A stretch of DNA of 64,000 nt from Eledone cirrhosa (GCA_964016885.1 OZ024763.1:28086001-28150000); one strand, 5' to 3'; shown: positions 13,270 through 26,650, counted from the first letter of the stretch. Notes: generated from the sequence alone by a model not told the origin. Made by a program: numbers and translations.

Positions 13270-13838
13270 CCTTCGTTGGTTGAGACGACGGGTGTTCCAT
13301 TTGTTGGAATATCAGCGAATTACCTTGCTCAGATAATTAACGTGCAAGTGGCTGAGCATTCCACAGACACGTGTCCCCATAATGCTGTTAGGTATCAGGA
13401 AAATATAGCGCGAGGTGGTATACGTGTGTGTGGGACAAGACTGACCATTTGAATTACAGGTACAACTCATTTTCGCCAGGTGGCGTGGACTGAAGAGTGA
13501 CCTCAAGCAATGTGAGATAAAGTGTCTTGCTCAAGGAGACAGTGGACTGAAGCAATGTGAAATAAAGTGTCTTGCTCAAGGAGACAGTGGACTGAAGCAA
13601 TGTGAAATAAAGTGTCTTGCTCAAGGACAGAGTGATCTGAAGCAATGTGAAATAAAGTGTCTTGCTCAAGGTGACAGTGGACTGAAGCAATATGAAATAA
13701 AGTGTCTTGCTCAAGTGAAGCAATGTGAAATAAAGTATCTTGCTGAAGATCGGAGCGTGTCGCCCGGCTGGGGAATCGATCACCCGACTTTTCGATCTTG
13801 AGGCAAACATTTTTTACCACTATGTCATGCACCATTGC
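13270..13838 (-). mobile_element. Long SINE family 2 copy with internal six-fold tandem amplification of a 45-bp CORE-like segment
   Basis: Unit gaagcaatgtgaaataaagtgtcttgctcaaggagacagtggact occurs six times at ~13503-13748, between the SINE 3' body and the tRNA-like head. Confidence 0.75.
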
Positions 13839-13967
13839 ACTCACATATATATACATATATATATATATATATATCTTGCATTGAACCACAAAGTTACTAA
13901 GACAAAACCTATATATTTGCTAGCACAGGTATGCATCTGTATATATATGTTGGTAGATATACTAATT

Positions 13968-14027
<60 letters not shown>

Positions 14028-14038
14028 AATGTCTTATA

Positions 14039-14101
14039 TATTTTATCTGATGAAAACGTACTGATATACCATTGTACTTTTAAAATATGTATAAAAAAAT
14101 A
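14039..14101 (+). ncRNA. Degenerate hammerhead motif, family B (GAAA mutated to AAAA)
   Basis: TATTTTAT-CTGATGA-aaacgtac...gtactttt-AAAA-TATGTA-TA-AAAAAATA. Confidence 0.55.
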
Positions 14102-14371
14102 TATACTTTGGCTATGATATTTCTCATTTATTAATATTTTGAATATTATATATGTAGGAGGTGAGTTTTATTGTAGCACAATAAAGCAATGCAAATATCG
14201 GATAAGTAGCACTCAACAGTTTATGGGACTGGAGTATAAATAATATAAAATCAAAGGATGGTTAAAAGAGTTCCATGTATTTTATTATGCGCATTTCAAA
14301 AACAAATATCATCATGTTGATTTAACACTTCACTGCTCGCAAGTGTTTTTAAGCTTCATATCATGTCTCCC

Positions 14372-14442
14372 TATTTTATCTGATGACAACACAAATATCA
14401 TGCCATAATGATATTTGTTTTTGAAATGCGCATAATAAAATA
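14372..14442 (+). ncRNA. Type I hammerhead ribozyme motif, family A
   Basis: TATTTTAT-CTGATGA-caacacaaatatcatgccataatgatatttgttttt-GAAA-TGCGCA-TA-ATAAAATA. Confidence 0.8.
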
Positions 14443-14472
14443 CATAGAATACTTTTAACCATCTTTTGATTT

Positions 14473-14537
<65 letters not shown>

Positions 14538-14659
14538 CAGAAGGGAAATTCAATTTGTTGGTAATTCAACAAATATAAATGTTTATAACTGATTTAGAGC
14601 ACTCAACAAATTTTCTGGAGTATAATTTCCATTGATATTTTATATATATATAGATATAT

Positions 14660-14862
14660 ATAACGAAGGAAATGTGGTAAGGAACCAGGTGGACCATAAC
14701 GCACCAAAGTACTCCATACTTAGGGTAGTAGAGTGGGTAATAGGAACGAGTAGGACCCCGACGGCTGAGCTCAAGCCGTTTCGACGGCTAATTCTGGACT
14801 GAATCTGGTCCAGAATTAGCCGTCGAAACGGCTTGAGCTCAGCCGTCGGGGTCTTATTGGTT

Positions 14863-14866
<4 letters not shown>
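14660..14866. mobile_element. Family H fold-back element carrying the 3' half of a hammerhead; about 14 copies (1931-2094, 3470-3520, 9062-9255, 16224-16412, 16430-16572, 16597-16791, 17350-17512, 18900-19060, 27186-27345, 30215-30275, 50715-50745, 56005-56105, 61715-61915)
   Basis: Shared sequence ...gccgtc-GAAA-cggct tgagctc agccg-TC-ggggtc...ctactaccctaagtattgagtactttggtgcgttatggtccacc...catttccttcgttat, nearly always abutting (TA)n. Confidence 0.7.
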
Positions 14867-14935
<69 letters not shown>

Positions 14936-15280
14936 CTTTATGTATATATAAAGCTCTCTAAGTGTATATATATATATATATATATATACACCCATACACA
15001 CTCATTGAAACCGCCTTTCCTACTTCTTCTCCCCACAAGCTTGCTAATCTATTTCACTTGCCAATTGATCTCAGCTCCTTAAGGGTATGTAACTCCCTAT
15101 GTTAAGTGGAGAGAGAGAGAGAGAGAGAGAGAGAGAAGCTACTTCTTCAATAGAAACATCATCACGGTAATCTACAGCTGTAGAACACAACAATGATCAG
15201 TGTCAGTTTCATTTTTTGTTTTCCTTTGTTTTCATGCATCTACTTATACTTTCGCCTGTGTGTGTATATATTTATATATG

Positions 15281-15314
<34 letters not shown>

Positions 15315-15322
15315 TATATATG

Positions 15323-15355
<33 letters not shown>

Positions 15356-15371
15356 GTTATATATATGTATT

Positions 15372-15431
<60 letters not shown>

Positions 15432-15488
15432 CATATATATATGTATACATATATATACATATATATATATATATACATATATATATGT

Positions 15489-15527
<39 letters not shown>

Positions 15528-15550
15528 TATATACATATATATATATTTAC

Positions 15551-15599
<49 letters not shown>

Positions 15600-15813
15600 A
15601 ATATATATACATATATAAATACATATATATATATATATATACATATATATAAATACATATATATATATATATATGTACATATACATGCATGTATGTAAAC
15701 AAATATATATATATATATATTAAATGTTTATTATATATATACATAAATACATATTCATATATATGTATACACAAACATACATACATATATGTGTGTATAA
15801 ATATGTAAATATA

Positions 15814-15863
<50 letters not shown>

Positions 15864-16155
15864 TGTGTGTGATATATATATATGTTAGTATTTTTTTCCC
15901 CTCTCTCATTTTCCCTTTGCTAAGCCGATTATAGAAAAAAAATCAATGATGTTAAATTTATCTTTCGTAATTTGCCACAAGCGTAGAATGGCAGCGTGGG
16001 TGGAGGAGGGGGCGGCGTGGGTGGAAAAGGGAGCGTGTGTGGAGAGGGTGAAGTATGTATAAACTAAACAAATAATAAATAGGAAGAGGAAAAGCAACAA
16101 GAAAAGAGAGAAGGGGAGCGTAAATTGTTGAGTAACAAACAAAAATGTTACTATA

Positions 16156-16226
<71 letters not shown>

Positions 16227-16813
16227 GGAAAAAGTATGACCCCGACGGCAGAGCTCAAGCCGTTTCGACGGCTATTTCTGAAATAGCCGTCGAAACGGCT
16301 AGAGCTCTGCCACCGGGGTCATACTTTTTCCTATTTCCCACTCTACTACCCTAAGTATTGAGTACTCTGGTGCGTTATGGTCCATTTTGTTCCTTACCAC
16401 AATTCCTTTGTTATATATATATATTTATAAGAAAAGAGTCAGGACCCCGACGGCTGAGCTCCGGCCCTTTCAACAGTTAGATCCGCCGAAACGGCCGTCG
16501 GGATTCTATACTAAGTATCGAGTACTCTGGTGCGTTATGGTCCACCTGTATCTTACCACACTTTCTTTGTCATATATATATATATATATATATATATAAC
16601 GAAGGAAATGTGTTAAGGAACCAGGTGGACCATAACGCACCAAAGTAAACAATACTTAGGGTAGTAGAGTGGGTAATAGGAACAAGTAAGACCCCCGACG
16701 GCTGAGCTCAAGCCGTTTCGACGGCTAATTCTGTACTGAATTAGCCGTCAAAACGGCTTGAGCTCAGCCGTCGGGGTCTTACTTGTTCCTATATATTTAT
16801 ATATATATATATA

Positions 16814-16972
16814 TAGGTAAAATTCCGTTATAACGAATGCCATTATAAAGAATCTTTCAGTATAAAGAATTTTTTTTTCAATGTGTTAGGTATATCTCAT
16901 TCTAAAAAAATTTTTTTACAACGAATTTTTTTTTTATGCCCCGTGAATTTTCGTTATAACAGAATTTATTTG
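16814..16972. mobile_element. pogo/Tigger-like MITE
   Basis: Imperfect TIRs taggtaaaattccgttataacgaa / ttcgttataacagaatttatttg, TA-flanked. Confidence 0.6.
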
Positions 16973-17306
16973 TACACACACATATACATATATATATGTG
17001 AAAAAATGGGGGAGAAGAATACTGCAGGTTGCACATGGATAACATGTAATAAAATAAGTCCCTCATCAGTGATTTGCCGACGATCATAGATATTTCATTG
17101 CATTAAAAATCATATACCTCACGTCGGTGCAATAATAACTAAATTAAGTTATTAGGACAATTAAAACGCGTAAAGCGAGTGAGACAAGATAACAACAAAG
17201 AGGAGAGCTAACCGTAGAAGGAAGGGAACAAGCTACATAGTTATTCTGTTAGCATAAGCTAGGTGAATATATGAGCGCTTAGAAAAAAGACCTTTCGGGA
17301 ACGAAT

Positions 17307-17354
<48 letters not shown>

Positions 17355-17510
17355 AATTCGGATCTTGGATGGCTGAGCTCCGACTGTTTCAATATCCAGA
17401 TCCGAACAGCCTCTGGAGTTCCGAATTTTTCATATTACCCTCTCTACTATCGCAAATATCGAATACTCTGGTGAGTAATCGTCTAACTGGTTTTCACCGG
17501 CTCCATTCTG

Positions 17511-17563
<53 letters not shown>

Positions 17564-17579
17564 ATATATATATATATAT

Positions 17580-17629
<50 letters not shown>

Positions 17630-17645
17630 ATATATATATATATAT

Positions 17646-17697
<52 letters not shown>

Positions 17698-17776
17698 ATA
17701 TATATATATATATATATATGGATATATATATATATATATATATATATATGGATATATATATATATATATAATATAT

Positions 17777-17810
<34 letters not shown>

Positions 17811-17830
17811 ATATATATATATATATATGG

Positions 17831-17865
<35 letters not shown>

Positions 17866-18059
17866 ATATATCCATATATATATATATCCATATATATATA
17901 TATCCATATATATATATATATCCATATATATATATATCCATATATATATATATCCATATATATATATATATATATCCATATATATATATATATATCCATA
18001 TATATATATATATATCCATATATAATATAAGATCAAAATATGGTTAAAGGAGTTCCATG

Positions 18060-18133
18060 TATTTTATTATGCGCATTTCAAAAACAAACATCATCATCAT
18101 GCAATAATATTTGTGTTTTCATCAGATAAAACA
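18060..18133 (-). ncRNA. Type I hammerhead ribozyme motif, family A (left arm of fold-back)
   Basis: Reverse complement reads TGTTTTAT-CTGATGA-stem II-GAAA-TGCGCA-TA-ATAAAATA. Confidence 0.78.
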
Positions 18134-18255
18134 GGAGAACATGATATGAAGGCTAAAAAACACTTGTGGATAGTGCAGTTTTAAATCAACATATTTATGT
18201 TGATTTAAAACTGCACTATCCACAAGTGTTTTTTAGCCTTCATATCATGTTCTCC

Positions 18256-18326
18256 TGTTTTATCTGATGAAAACACAAATATTATTGCATGATGATGTTT
18301 GTTTTTGAAATGCGCATAATAAAATA
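18256..18326 (+). ncRNA. Type I hammerhead ribozyme motif, family A (right arm of fold-back)
   Basis: TGTTTTAT-CTGATGA-aaacacaaatattattgcatgatgatgtttgttttt-GAAA-TGCGCA-TA-ATAAAATA. Confidence 0.78.
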
Positions 18327-18506
18327 CATGGAACTCCTTTAACCATCTTTTGATCTTATATTATGTATACTCCAGTCCTACAAACTGTAGAGTGCTTCTT
18401 ATCCGATATCTGCATTGCTTTATTGTACTACAATAAAACTCACCTCCTACATATATCCATATATATATATATATATATATATATATCCATATATATATAT
18501 ATATAT

Positions 18507-18542
<36 letters not shown>

Positions 18543-18824
18543 ATATATATATATATATATCCATATATATATATATATATATATATATATCCATATATAT
18601 ATATATATATCCATATATATATATATATATCCATATATATATATATATATCCATATATATATATATATATCCATATATATATATATATATATCCATATAT
18701 ATATATATATATATATCCATATATATATATATCCATATATATATATATATATATATCCATATCCATATATATATATATATATATATATATATCCATATAT
18801 ATATATATATCCATATATATATAT

Positions 18825-18858
<34 letters not shown>

Positions 18859-19442
18859 ATATATATATATATATATATCCATATATATATATATATATAT
18901 GGCTAGAACCAACAGACTCAACAGAGTACTCGATATTTGGGATTGTAGAGTACGGTTATATTATAATGAGTCGGGACGCCGACGGCTGAGCTCTTGCCGT
19001 TTCAACAGCTATGCCCAGACTGGGACTAGCTGTTGTTGAAACGGTGGTCCCAACTCTTTACAATATATATATATATATGTATGTATATGTAGGTGTGTGT
19101 ATATGTGAGTATATAGATAGAGGGTATATGTGTGTATATAGTATATGTGTGTGTATAGTATATGTGTGTGTAGTATATGTGTGTGTAGTATATGTATAGT
19201 ATATGTGTATGTAGAGGTGAAGACACAAATAGAGTGATATGTGTATGGCATGTGCACGTGTGTGATATAGTGTGTGTGTGTATGTGTGAGAGAGAGAAAT
19301 GGTGTGTGTGTGTGTGTGTGTGTGTATGTGAGACAGCGAAAGGGAGTGTGTGTGTGTGTGTGTAGTTTCTTGTTAGGATCAACATTGTTAACTGAACGAG
19401 TTTGTTTTCAATTTAGAACATGCAATTTTTTGATGTAATGTC

Positions 19443-19484
<42 letters not shown>

Positions 19485-19568
19485 AGTGACAGGCAGAGAA
19501 AGAGGGAGAGAGAGAAAGAGGTAGGCAGAGAGAGAGAGGGAGCGAGAGAGAGAGAGAAAGAGAGAAAT

Positions 19569-19639
<71 letters not shown>

Positions 19640-20879
19640 CAGAGAAAGAGAGAGAGAGAACGAGGCAGAGAAAGAGAGAGAGAGAAAGAGGCAGAGAAAG
19701 AGAGAGAGAGAAAGAGGCAGAGAGAGTGAGAGGCAGACAGAGTGAGAGAGAGAGAGAGAGAGAAAGACAAAAGGCAGAGAGAGACCAGATCAAAGGTGGA
19801 GAGAGTGTGTGTGTGTGTGTGTGTCATATGATGTGTTGGGGTGTGGAAAAGGTGGCGAAAGTGATGTTGAATCAGAGAAGAAAAGAGACGACTTTTGAAG
19901 TGGGAGATGCGTTGACAGTCAGTTTACAACACACACACACTGACACTGACACTGACACACACACACACACTGACACTAATATACACACACGCATACACAC
20001 AGATACAAACACACACACACACACACACACACTGACACTGATATAACCACACACAGACACACACACATATATATATACACTGACACATACACACACTGAC
20101 ACTAACATAGACACGCATATATATATATATATATACATATACAGAAAATAGTAAACACGCATGCACAGATAAACTAACATAACTAGATACACATACATAC
20201 ACACTCACATACATATACACTAACATAACTAAATACACATACAAGCACATACACATACATACACACAATCTGCTTTAAGCTACTTTAAATTGATCAACAA
20301 TTGAGAGAGTGATTGATTTAGTGTAAGATCAGAGAGAGGGGAGGAGATGGGATGGAGGGGAGAGGGGGATGAGATGGGATGGGGTGTGGTGGGGGAGAGG
20401 GATGGTGGGGGTGGGAGAGAGGGAGGAGGGGGAGATAGGGAGGAGGGGAGAGGGATGGTGGGGGTGGGAGAGAGGGAGGAGGGGGAGAGAGGGAGGAGGG
20501 GAGAGAGATGGAGGAGGGAGAGATGGAAGAGGGAGAGAGAGGAGGGAGAGAGAATAGAGGAGGGAGAGAGAGGAGGGAGAGAGGGGGGAGATAATGGAAG
20601 AGAGAGAGGATGGGAGAGAAAGAGAGGAAGGCGGAAGATAGAGAAGGGGAGGAAGAGAGAAATAGGAGGGAGAGAGCGGAGGTGGAGGAGGAAGATAGAG
20701 AAAAAAGGAGGAAGATAGAGAGAGGAAGGAGGAAGATAGAGAGAGGAAGGGAGAGAGATGGAGGAGGAATATAAAGAGGAAAAGATGGCGAGAGACCAAA
20801 ATTATATAAAAGGATGACATATATATATATAAACAAAGATGGTGTAGACATACAATACAACAGGAGGAAACATAATAGC

Positions 20880-20921
20880 ACCACTGACGATGTTGCAGAT
20901 GTGCAACGAAAGAACTTTGTT
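20880..20921 (+). ncRNA. Type I hammerhead ribozyme motif, family E
   Basis: ACCA-CTGACGA-t gttgca gatg tgcaac-GAAA-GAAC-TT-TGTT. Confidence 0.65.
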
Positions 20922-21265
20922 AGGCTATATATATGTGTTTGTGTCTATATCATATCTGTATTTTTGACCGTTGGTCAGTCAATGTAAAACATTGAGGACC
21001 GAATAAATTAACTGATATAAAAGATACAGAAGTGAAAACCAACCGAACAGTGAGTGTGTTCTGTTATTAATTCTGGCAATATTATTACAACAATATGACC
21101 CTCTCCAAGTATAACAATATATATATATATATATTGTTATACTTTGGGAGGGTCATGTTGCCAATAAGAAACACACGCACCAGTTGCATTCACTTCAATT
21201 TATCATAAATTTATAAATTTCAGGTTGGTTGGTTGGTTCCACAACCAGATGGTTGTTTATATATT

Positions 21266-21308
21266 GTCAAAGTTCTTTCGTCACACATTCTGTGACCTCT
21301 TCAGTGAC
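21266..21308 (-). ncRNA. Type I hammerhead ribozyme motif, family E
   Basis: Reverse complement: GTCA-CTGAAGA-g gtcaca gaatg tgtgac-GAAA-GAAC-TT-TGAC. Confidence 0.7.
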
Positions 21309-21356
21309 TGGGGATTCTTTTCTTTGTTTTTGTGCCTCTCTTTTGTTCTGTCCTAC

Positions 21357-21413
<57 letters not shown>

Positions 21414-21525
21414 TTCGATTGAAACAGTTCTAGTCCTGTAGAAGACACTTCTATATTAAAATGTTAAACTCTGCTATGTATTGAGTACCTTACTTACTGT
21501 GATTACCCCAGATCGAACCGGGGAT

Positions 21526-21559
<34 letters not shown>

Positions 21560-22935
21560 GGATTAAACTTGTGTTAATCCGCTAACAACGGGATTTGAAC
21601 TCAGAACGTAGAATGGACGTAACTAAATGTCGCAAAACATGTCAACGCTCTACCGAATACTGCAAATCTCCCATAATAATGATTTCTACTTTTGGCACAA
21701 GGCCAGCAATTACTCAGTACATTACTGGTACTTTATTTTATCGACCCTGTAAGGATGAAAGGCAAAGTTATCCTCGGCGGGATTTGAATTCAGATCATAA
21801 AGGGAGGTAACTCTATGCTTCAAAGCATGGCATCCAACCCTGCACATGGCCAGCAATTTTGGGGGGAAAAGAAAGGCGATTAAATCGACCACAGTACATT
21901 ACTGGTACTTTATTTTATAGACTCCGTAACTATGAAAGACACAGACAAAACCTCGTAGGCATTTGAACTCAGAGTATAAAGGGCCATAACTCTATGCCGC
22001 CCGCGTCACCCTAATAATTGTTTCTACTTTAGGCACAAGGCCAGCAATTTTGTGGAGGTGAGGGGAAATTTGATTAAATCGACCCCCTGTGCATTACTGG
22101 AACTTTATTTTTATCGACCTCGGCATAATTTGAACTGAGAACGTAAAGGGACGTAACTCTATGCCACAAACCATATTATCTGACGCTCTACCGATTACTT
22201 GCTAAACCAGCGCCCTCCTCCTCATAATAATAATAATAATAATAATTATTATTATTTCTACTTTTGGCACAAGGCCAGCAAATATTCCAGTGTATTACTG
22301 GAACTTTATTTTATCGACCCCGGCGGGATTTGAACTCAGACCATAAAGGGTCGCAACTCGTTGCTGCAAAGCATGGCGTCCGACCCTCTACCGATGCTGC
22401 CAATCCACCGCCCCTTGATTGTAATAATAATAATAACAACAACAATAATTATTGTTGTTGTTGTTGTTGTTCAACATGTAATTATTTTCTTCATAACTAG
22501 AAGGCATGTGACCAGGTTTTCAATACATAAACAGGAAGTAGATTCTCTTTCAAACTGAAGATTGCACACACAAGGGGAGGGTGGGGGTGGGTGGGGGTAG
22601 GGTGGATATGGATGGTCTGGTGGTGGTAGTGGTGGTGGTGGCGGCGGCGGTAATGATTTTAGAGGAAGTGGTTGGTGTTGATGGTGGTGCTGGTGACGAT
22701 GGAGGTGTCGCTACTGGCAGACAAAGTGGTGGTGGTAGAGGTGTTTGTGATGGTGGTGGTGATAGTGATGGTAGTAGTAGTGGTGGTAGTAGTGATGATA
22801 GTGGTAGTAATGATGGTAGTAGTAGTGGTGGTAGAGATAAAGTAAGGTGTTAATAAAGGTGATACAAACATAACATGATTTGACACGATATGAAAGAAAA
22901 ACCAGTTTTTTCTGTATATAAACACACACACATGT

Positions 22936-22968
<33 letters not shown>

Positions 22969-23343
22969 AATACACACACACATGTACGCATGTATACACA
23001 CACATATATATAAATACACACACATGTACGCATGTATACACACATATATATAAATACACACACACATACATGTATATACATGTATACACACATACATATA
23101 AATACACACACACACACACACACACATGTACGCATGTATACACACACATATATAAATACACACACACACATGTACATACACATATATATAGATACACACA
23201 TGTACACATGTATACACACATATATATAAATACACACACACACACATATACACATATATATAGATGCGCGCACACACACATACAAGTATACATAGACAAC
23301 AAACGTGCATATAGATGGACAGTTAGATAGATAGATAGATAGA

Positions 23344-24125
23344 TTCCTTTATTAGCCACAGGGGCACAAAAGAAGGGGACAAATACAAAGGGGGAAGTTT
23401 ACATACAATAAAAACGTGTAAAATGTTATCACAAATGCAATTTAAAAAGTTAGTCGATTTTCCCCAATAGGGGGAGACAGTTCATATGGGTAACACATAC
23501 CCCCGAAAAAATGTGCAACCCTCAACTCCAGGAGTACGAAGAGTTTGTACTCCTTTCCTCTCCTCCTCCTTTTTCTCAACCTACAGGCTGATATAGAGAG
23601 AAGGCCCATTCACTGGGGCCATTCTCGCCACTTTCACCCACCTTTCATAAAACTTGCTGGGGTACAGCACCTCTCTCTCCATCCTGATTCTTCTTCCAAA
23701 GTGGTATTTGAAAAAAAGAATCAGTTGTTGGCCGGAGAGAAAGGTGTCTGACCTCAGCCCTTTCAACCTTGTCCACCATACAACCTCTTTCGCCATAGCT
23801 ATCACACAGAGGAAAACCGCCTCTCCTTCGTTTTTGAAGGAGGGTGGCGGTTTGATCATGACAATGGACTCGGTGGTCAACTGGATTGGTCCCACCCGCG
23901 ACAATAGTCATTCTACATAGCCCCACAGGTCAGTGACGCCCGGGCAGTGTATGAATGCGTGCGCGACGGTTTCTTCGTCTCGCACGCACCTCGGACAGAT
24001 CTTTTTTGCAGGGTCCCTTCCCGGGCGCCCATGTCTGTAGAGCTTGTCTCGAACTGGTAGAGCTCCTCGGTAGCACTGCCAGGCCAGGGACTTTTGGAAA
24101 ACCGCCTCTCCTTCATTTTTGAAGG

Positions 24126-24126
<1 letters not shown>
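23344..24126 (-). mobile_element. 5'-truncated Tx1/L1-clade LINE (ORF2 C-terminus plus 3' UTR) inserted in (GATA)n
   Basis: The minus frame reads ICPRCVRDEETVAHAFIHCPGVTDLWGYVE*LLSRV...AKEVVWWTR, a CCHC knuckle plus a Tx1-like C-terminus. It ends in AATAAA. A short second 3' end is at 24185-24246; related 3' ends are at ~47176-47240 (-) and 50910-51185 (+). Confidence 0.8.
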
Positions 24127-24185
<59 letters not shown>

Positions 24186-24547
24186 TTCTTTATTTTCCAC
24201 AAGGGCGCACAAGAAAATGGGACAATACAAAGACACATGCCGAGGATAGATAGATAGATAGAGAGAGAGAAGGGGTAGAGATAGAGAGAGAAGGGGTAGA
24301 GATAGAGAGAGATGGGGGGGGGGGGGTAGTATATAATAAGCACTAAAGATTATAGGATACGGTGTGTGGATATATGATTCGATATGGAAAGTGTCATGAG
24401 ATCTTCCCCCACACCTAGGAGGAGGGGTAGGGACGTCTGCTTCCGTGTATATATGTATGATATGTGGGTGGGCAGGTGTGCTTATGTATGCATGTGTGTG
24501 CGTTGGTTTACATACACACATGTGTATCTGCGTGCGTGTGTGTGTTA

Positions 24548-24588
<41 letters not shown>

Positions 24589-24705
24589 CAGGCACACACA
24601 TACATATATACACACTCTCACATATATATACGCGCATAAACGAACGCACGCACACATATACACACTCGCATACATATATATATACCCACATAAACACACA
24701 CACAC

Positions 24706-24739
<34 letters not shown>

Positions 24740-24796
24740 TGTATGTATGTATGTATGTATGTATGTATATATATACCTACATAAACACACAAACAC

Positions 24797-24855
<59 letters not shown>

Positions 24856-24903
24856 CATTTATTGTACTGCCACTCTGTTCTGTCCCTGTTCAATTTTTCA
24901 TTA

Positions 24904-24962
<59 letters not shown>

Positions 24963-25446
24963 AGAGAGAGAGAGAGAGAGATAGTAGATAGATAGAGAGA
25001 GAGAGAGAGTAGCTGAAATGCTCCATTAAAGTAGGTTGTAACAAGCTAGATTTAATATCACGCTAAATTTGAAATGAACATAAAAAGATAGCGAGGAAGG
25101 GAGCAAGACATGGCAATTCCAAGAAACTGTGACACCACCACCACCACCACCACCACCACCATTAGAGAAGCCAGCCACTACCACCCCACCACCACCATTA
25201 GAGAAGCCAGCCAATACCACCAACATCACCACCACTAGAACTCTCTCTCACAATCTTACCATACGCTTTCCATAAAGACTTGTTACAGCGTAGGATTAAT
25301 AAGTTTTCGGTGTTGCTGTTCCCAAAAAACCTCCTAACATATCCTGTATCTCTCACTCTTTCCTACGTACACACTATCTAATTTCCATAAAGACTTGTTA
25401 CGGCGTGAGATTAATAAGTTTTAGGAATCACCACTCCCACCATCAG

Positions 25447-25491
<45 letters not shown>

Positions 25492-25632
25492 AAGCCACAA
25501 GACACACACATACACACACACACGTGTGTGTGTGTGTGTGTTTGTGCATAAGAAAGTTTGAAAGAGAGAGAGAGAGAGAGAGCAATTGTGATTGTTGCAG
25601 TATCAACGACCCCAAATTATTTCTAATTCTAC

Positions 25633-25666
25633 CTTCTGATGAAGAACTAATGTCCGAAAAGTTAAG
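25633..25666 (+). ncRNA. Minimal hammerhead motif, family F (degenerate)
   Basis: CTT-CTGATGA-a gaac taat gtcc-GAAA-AG-TT-AAG. A related degenerate copy, CCGATGA-agggcttatgccc-GAAA-CA-TC, is at 32385-32412. Confidence 0.55.
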
Positions 25667-25702
25667 ACTCTTTTCCTGCTATTTCAAGCGTTAAACTTTG
25701 TG

Positions 25703-25735
<33 letters not shown>

Positions 25736-26512
25736 TATTGAATTTATAAATTCATTTTTTTCATGTTTAACTTGGCACTCGTTTTCTGTTCCTCGGTGAC
25801 ATTTAGAGAAGAAGAAGAAGAAGAAGAAGAAGAAGAAGAAGAAGAAGAAGAAGAAGAAGAAGAAGAAACAGTAAGCAAAGAAGAAAAAGGCAAAGAAGAA
25901 GGCAAAGAGAGCAGAGAAGAAGAAGAAGAAGAAGAAGAAGAAGAAGAAGAAGAAGAAGAAGAAGAAGAAGAAGAAGAAGAAGAAGAAGAAGAAGAAAGGG
26001 ACATGCTGTGAAAATTAGCAGGAAATGACAATCCTCTCACCTCCACCCCCACCCCCTCCCCCTCCTCCTCCTCCTCTATCTTATGCAGTGAACACAATTT
26101 GTATGTTTAGCAAGAATTTCAGGTAGTTAGCGCGGAGAAGAAGAAGAAGGAATTAAAAAAATGTGTTATAATGACGAAAGTATTATTAATATTATCGTTA
26201 GTTTCACCGCCATTGAGAGGAAGGCGAGAGCGTGGGATGATCTGATGATGGTGGAGGGGATGGGGGGTGGATAGAGAATGAGGGTTGGGGTTAGGTTGGA
26301 GGTGGGGTTAACAATAATAATAATTATTATTATTGTTGTTGTTGTTGTTGTTGTTGTCGTTGTTGGTGGTGTTATTATTTTCAAATCAAAACTTCCAGTT
26401 TAAGTACAACTGTTACGCATCCTAGATTCAATTAATGGACACTATGCCTGTATAATAAACGAGTGCGTGTGTAGGTGTGAGTGTGTGTGTGGGGTGAGTG
26501 GGTGTGTGTGTG

Positions 26513-26548
<36 letters not shown>

Positions 26549-26650
26549 CATATGTTTATCCCGGGTTCAATAGGGGGTAACCATAGTAAGTAAGGTACTT
26601 AATACATAGCAGAGTATAAATATTTAATATAGAAATGGCTTCTGCAGGAC

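Larger units (their letters stand above)
18023..18452. mobile_element. Fold-back HHR element, family A (Penelope pLTR/retrozyme-like); other copies at 9279-9545, 14152-14480, and tail only at 53075-53175
   Basis: A ~170-bp-arm palindrome centred at 18194/5 is followed by a conserved tail ending ...aaactcacctcctacat. Both flanks are (TA)n-type microsatellite. Confidence 0.65.

Noticed and set aside
17040-17100. Minus-strand atca-CTGATGA-gggac motif (related copy at ~31986-32050)
   Set aside because: It is a repeated element, but no GAAA or stem II closure follows the core, so a hammerhead fold cannot be supported.
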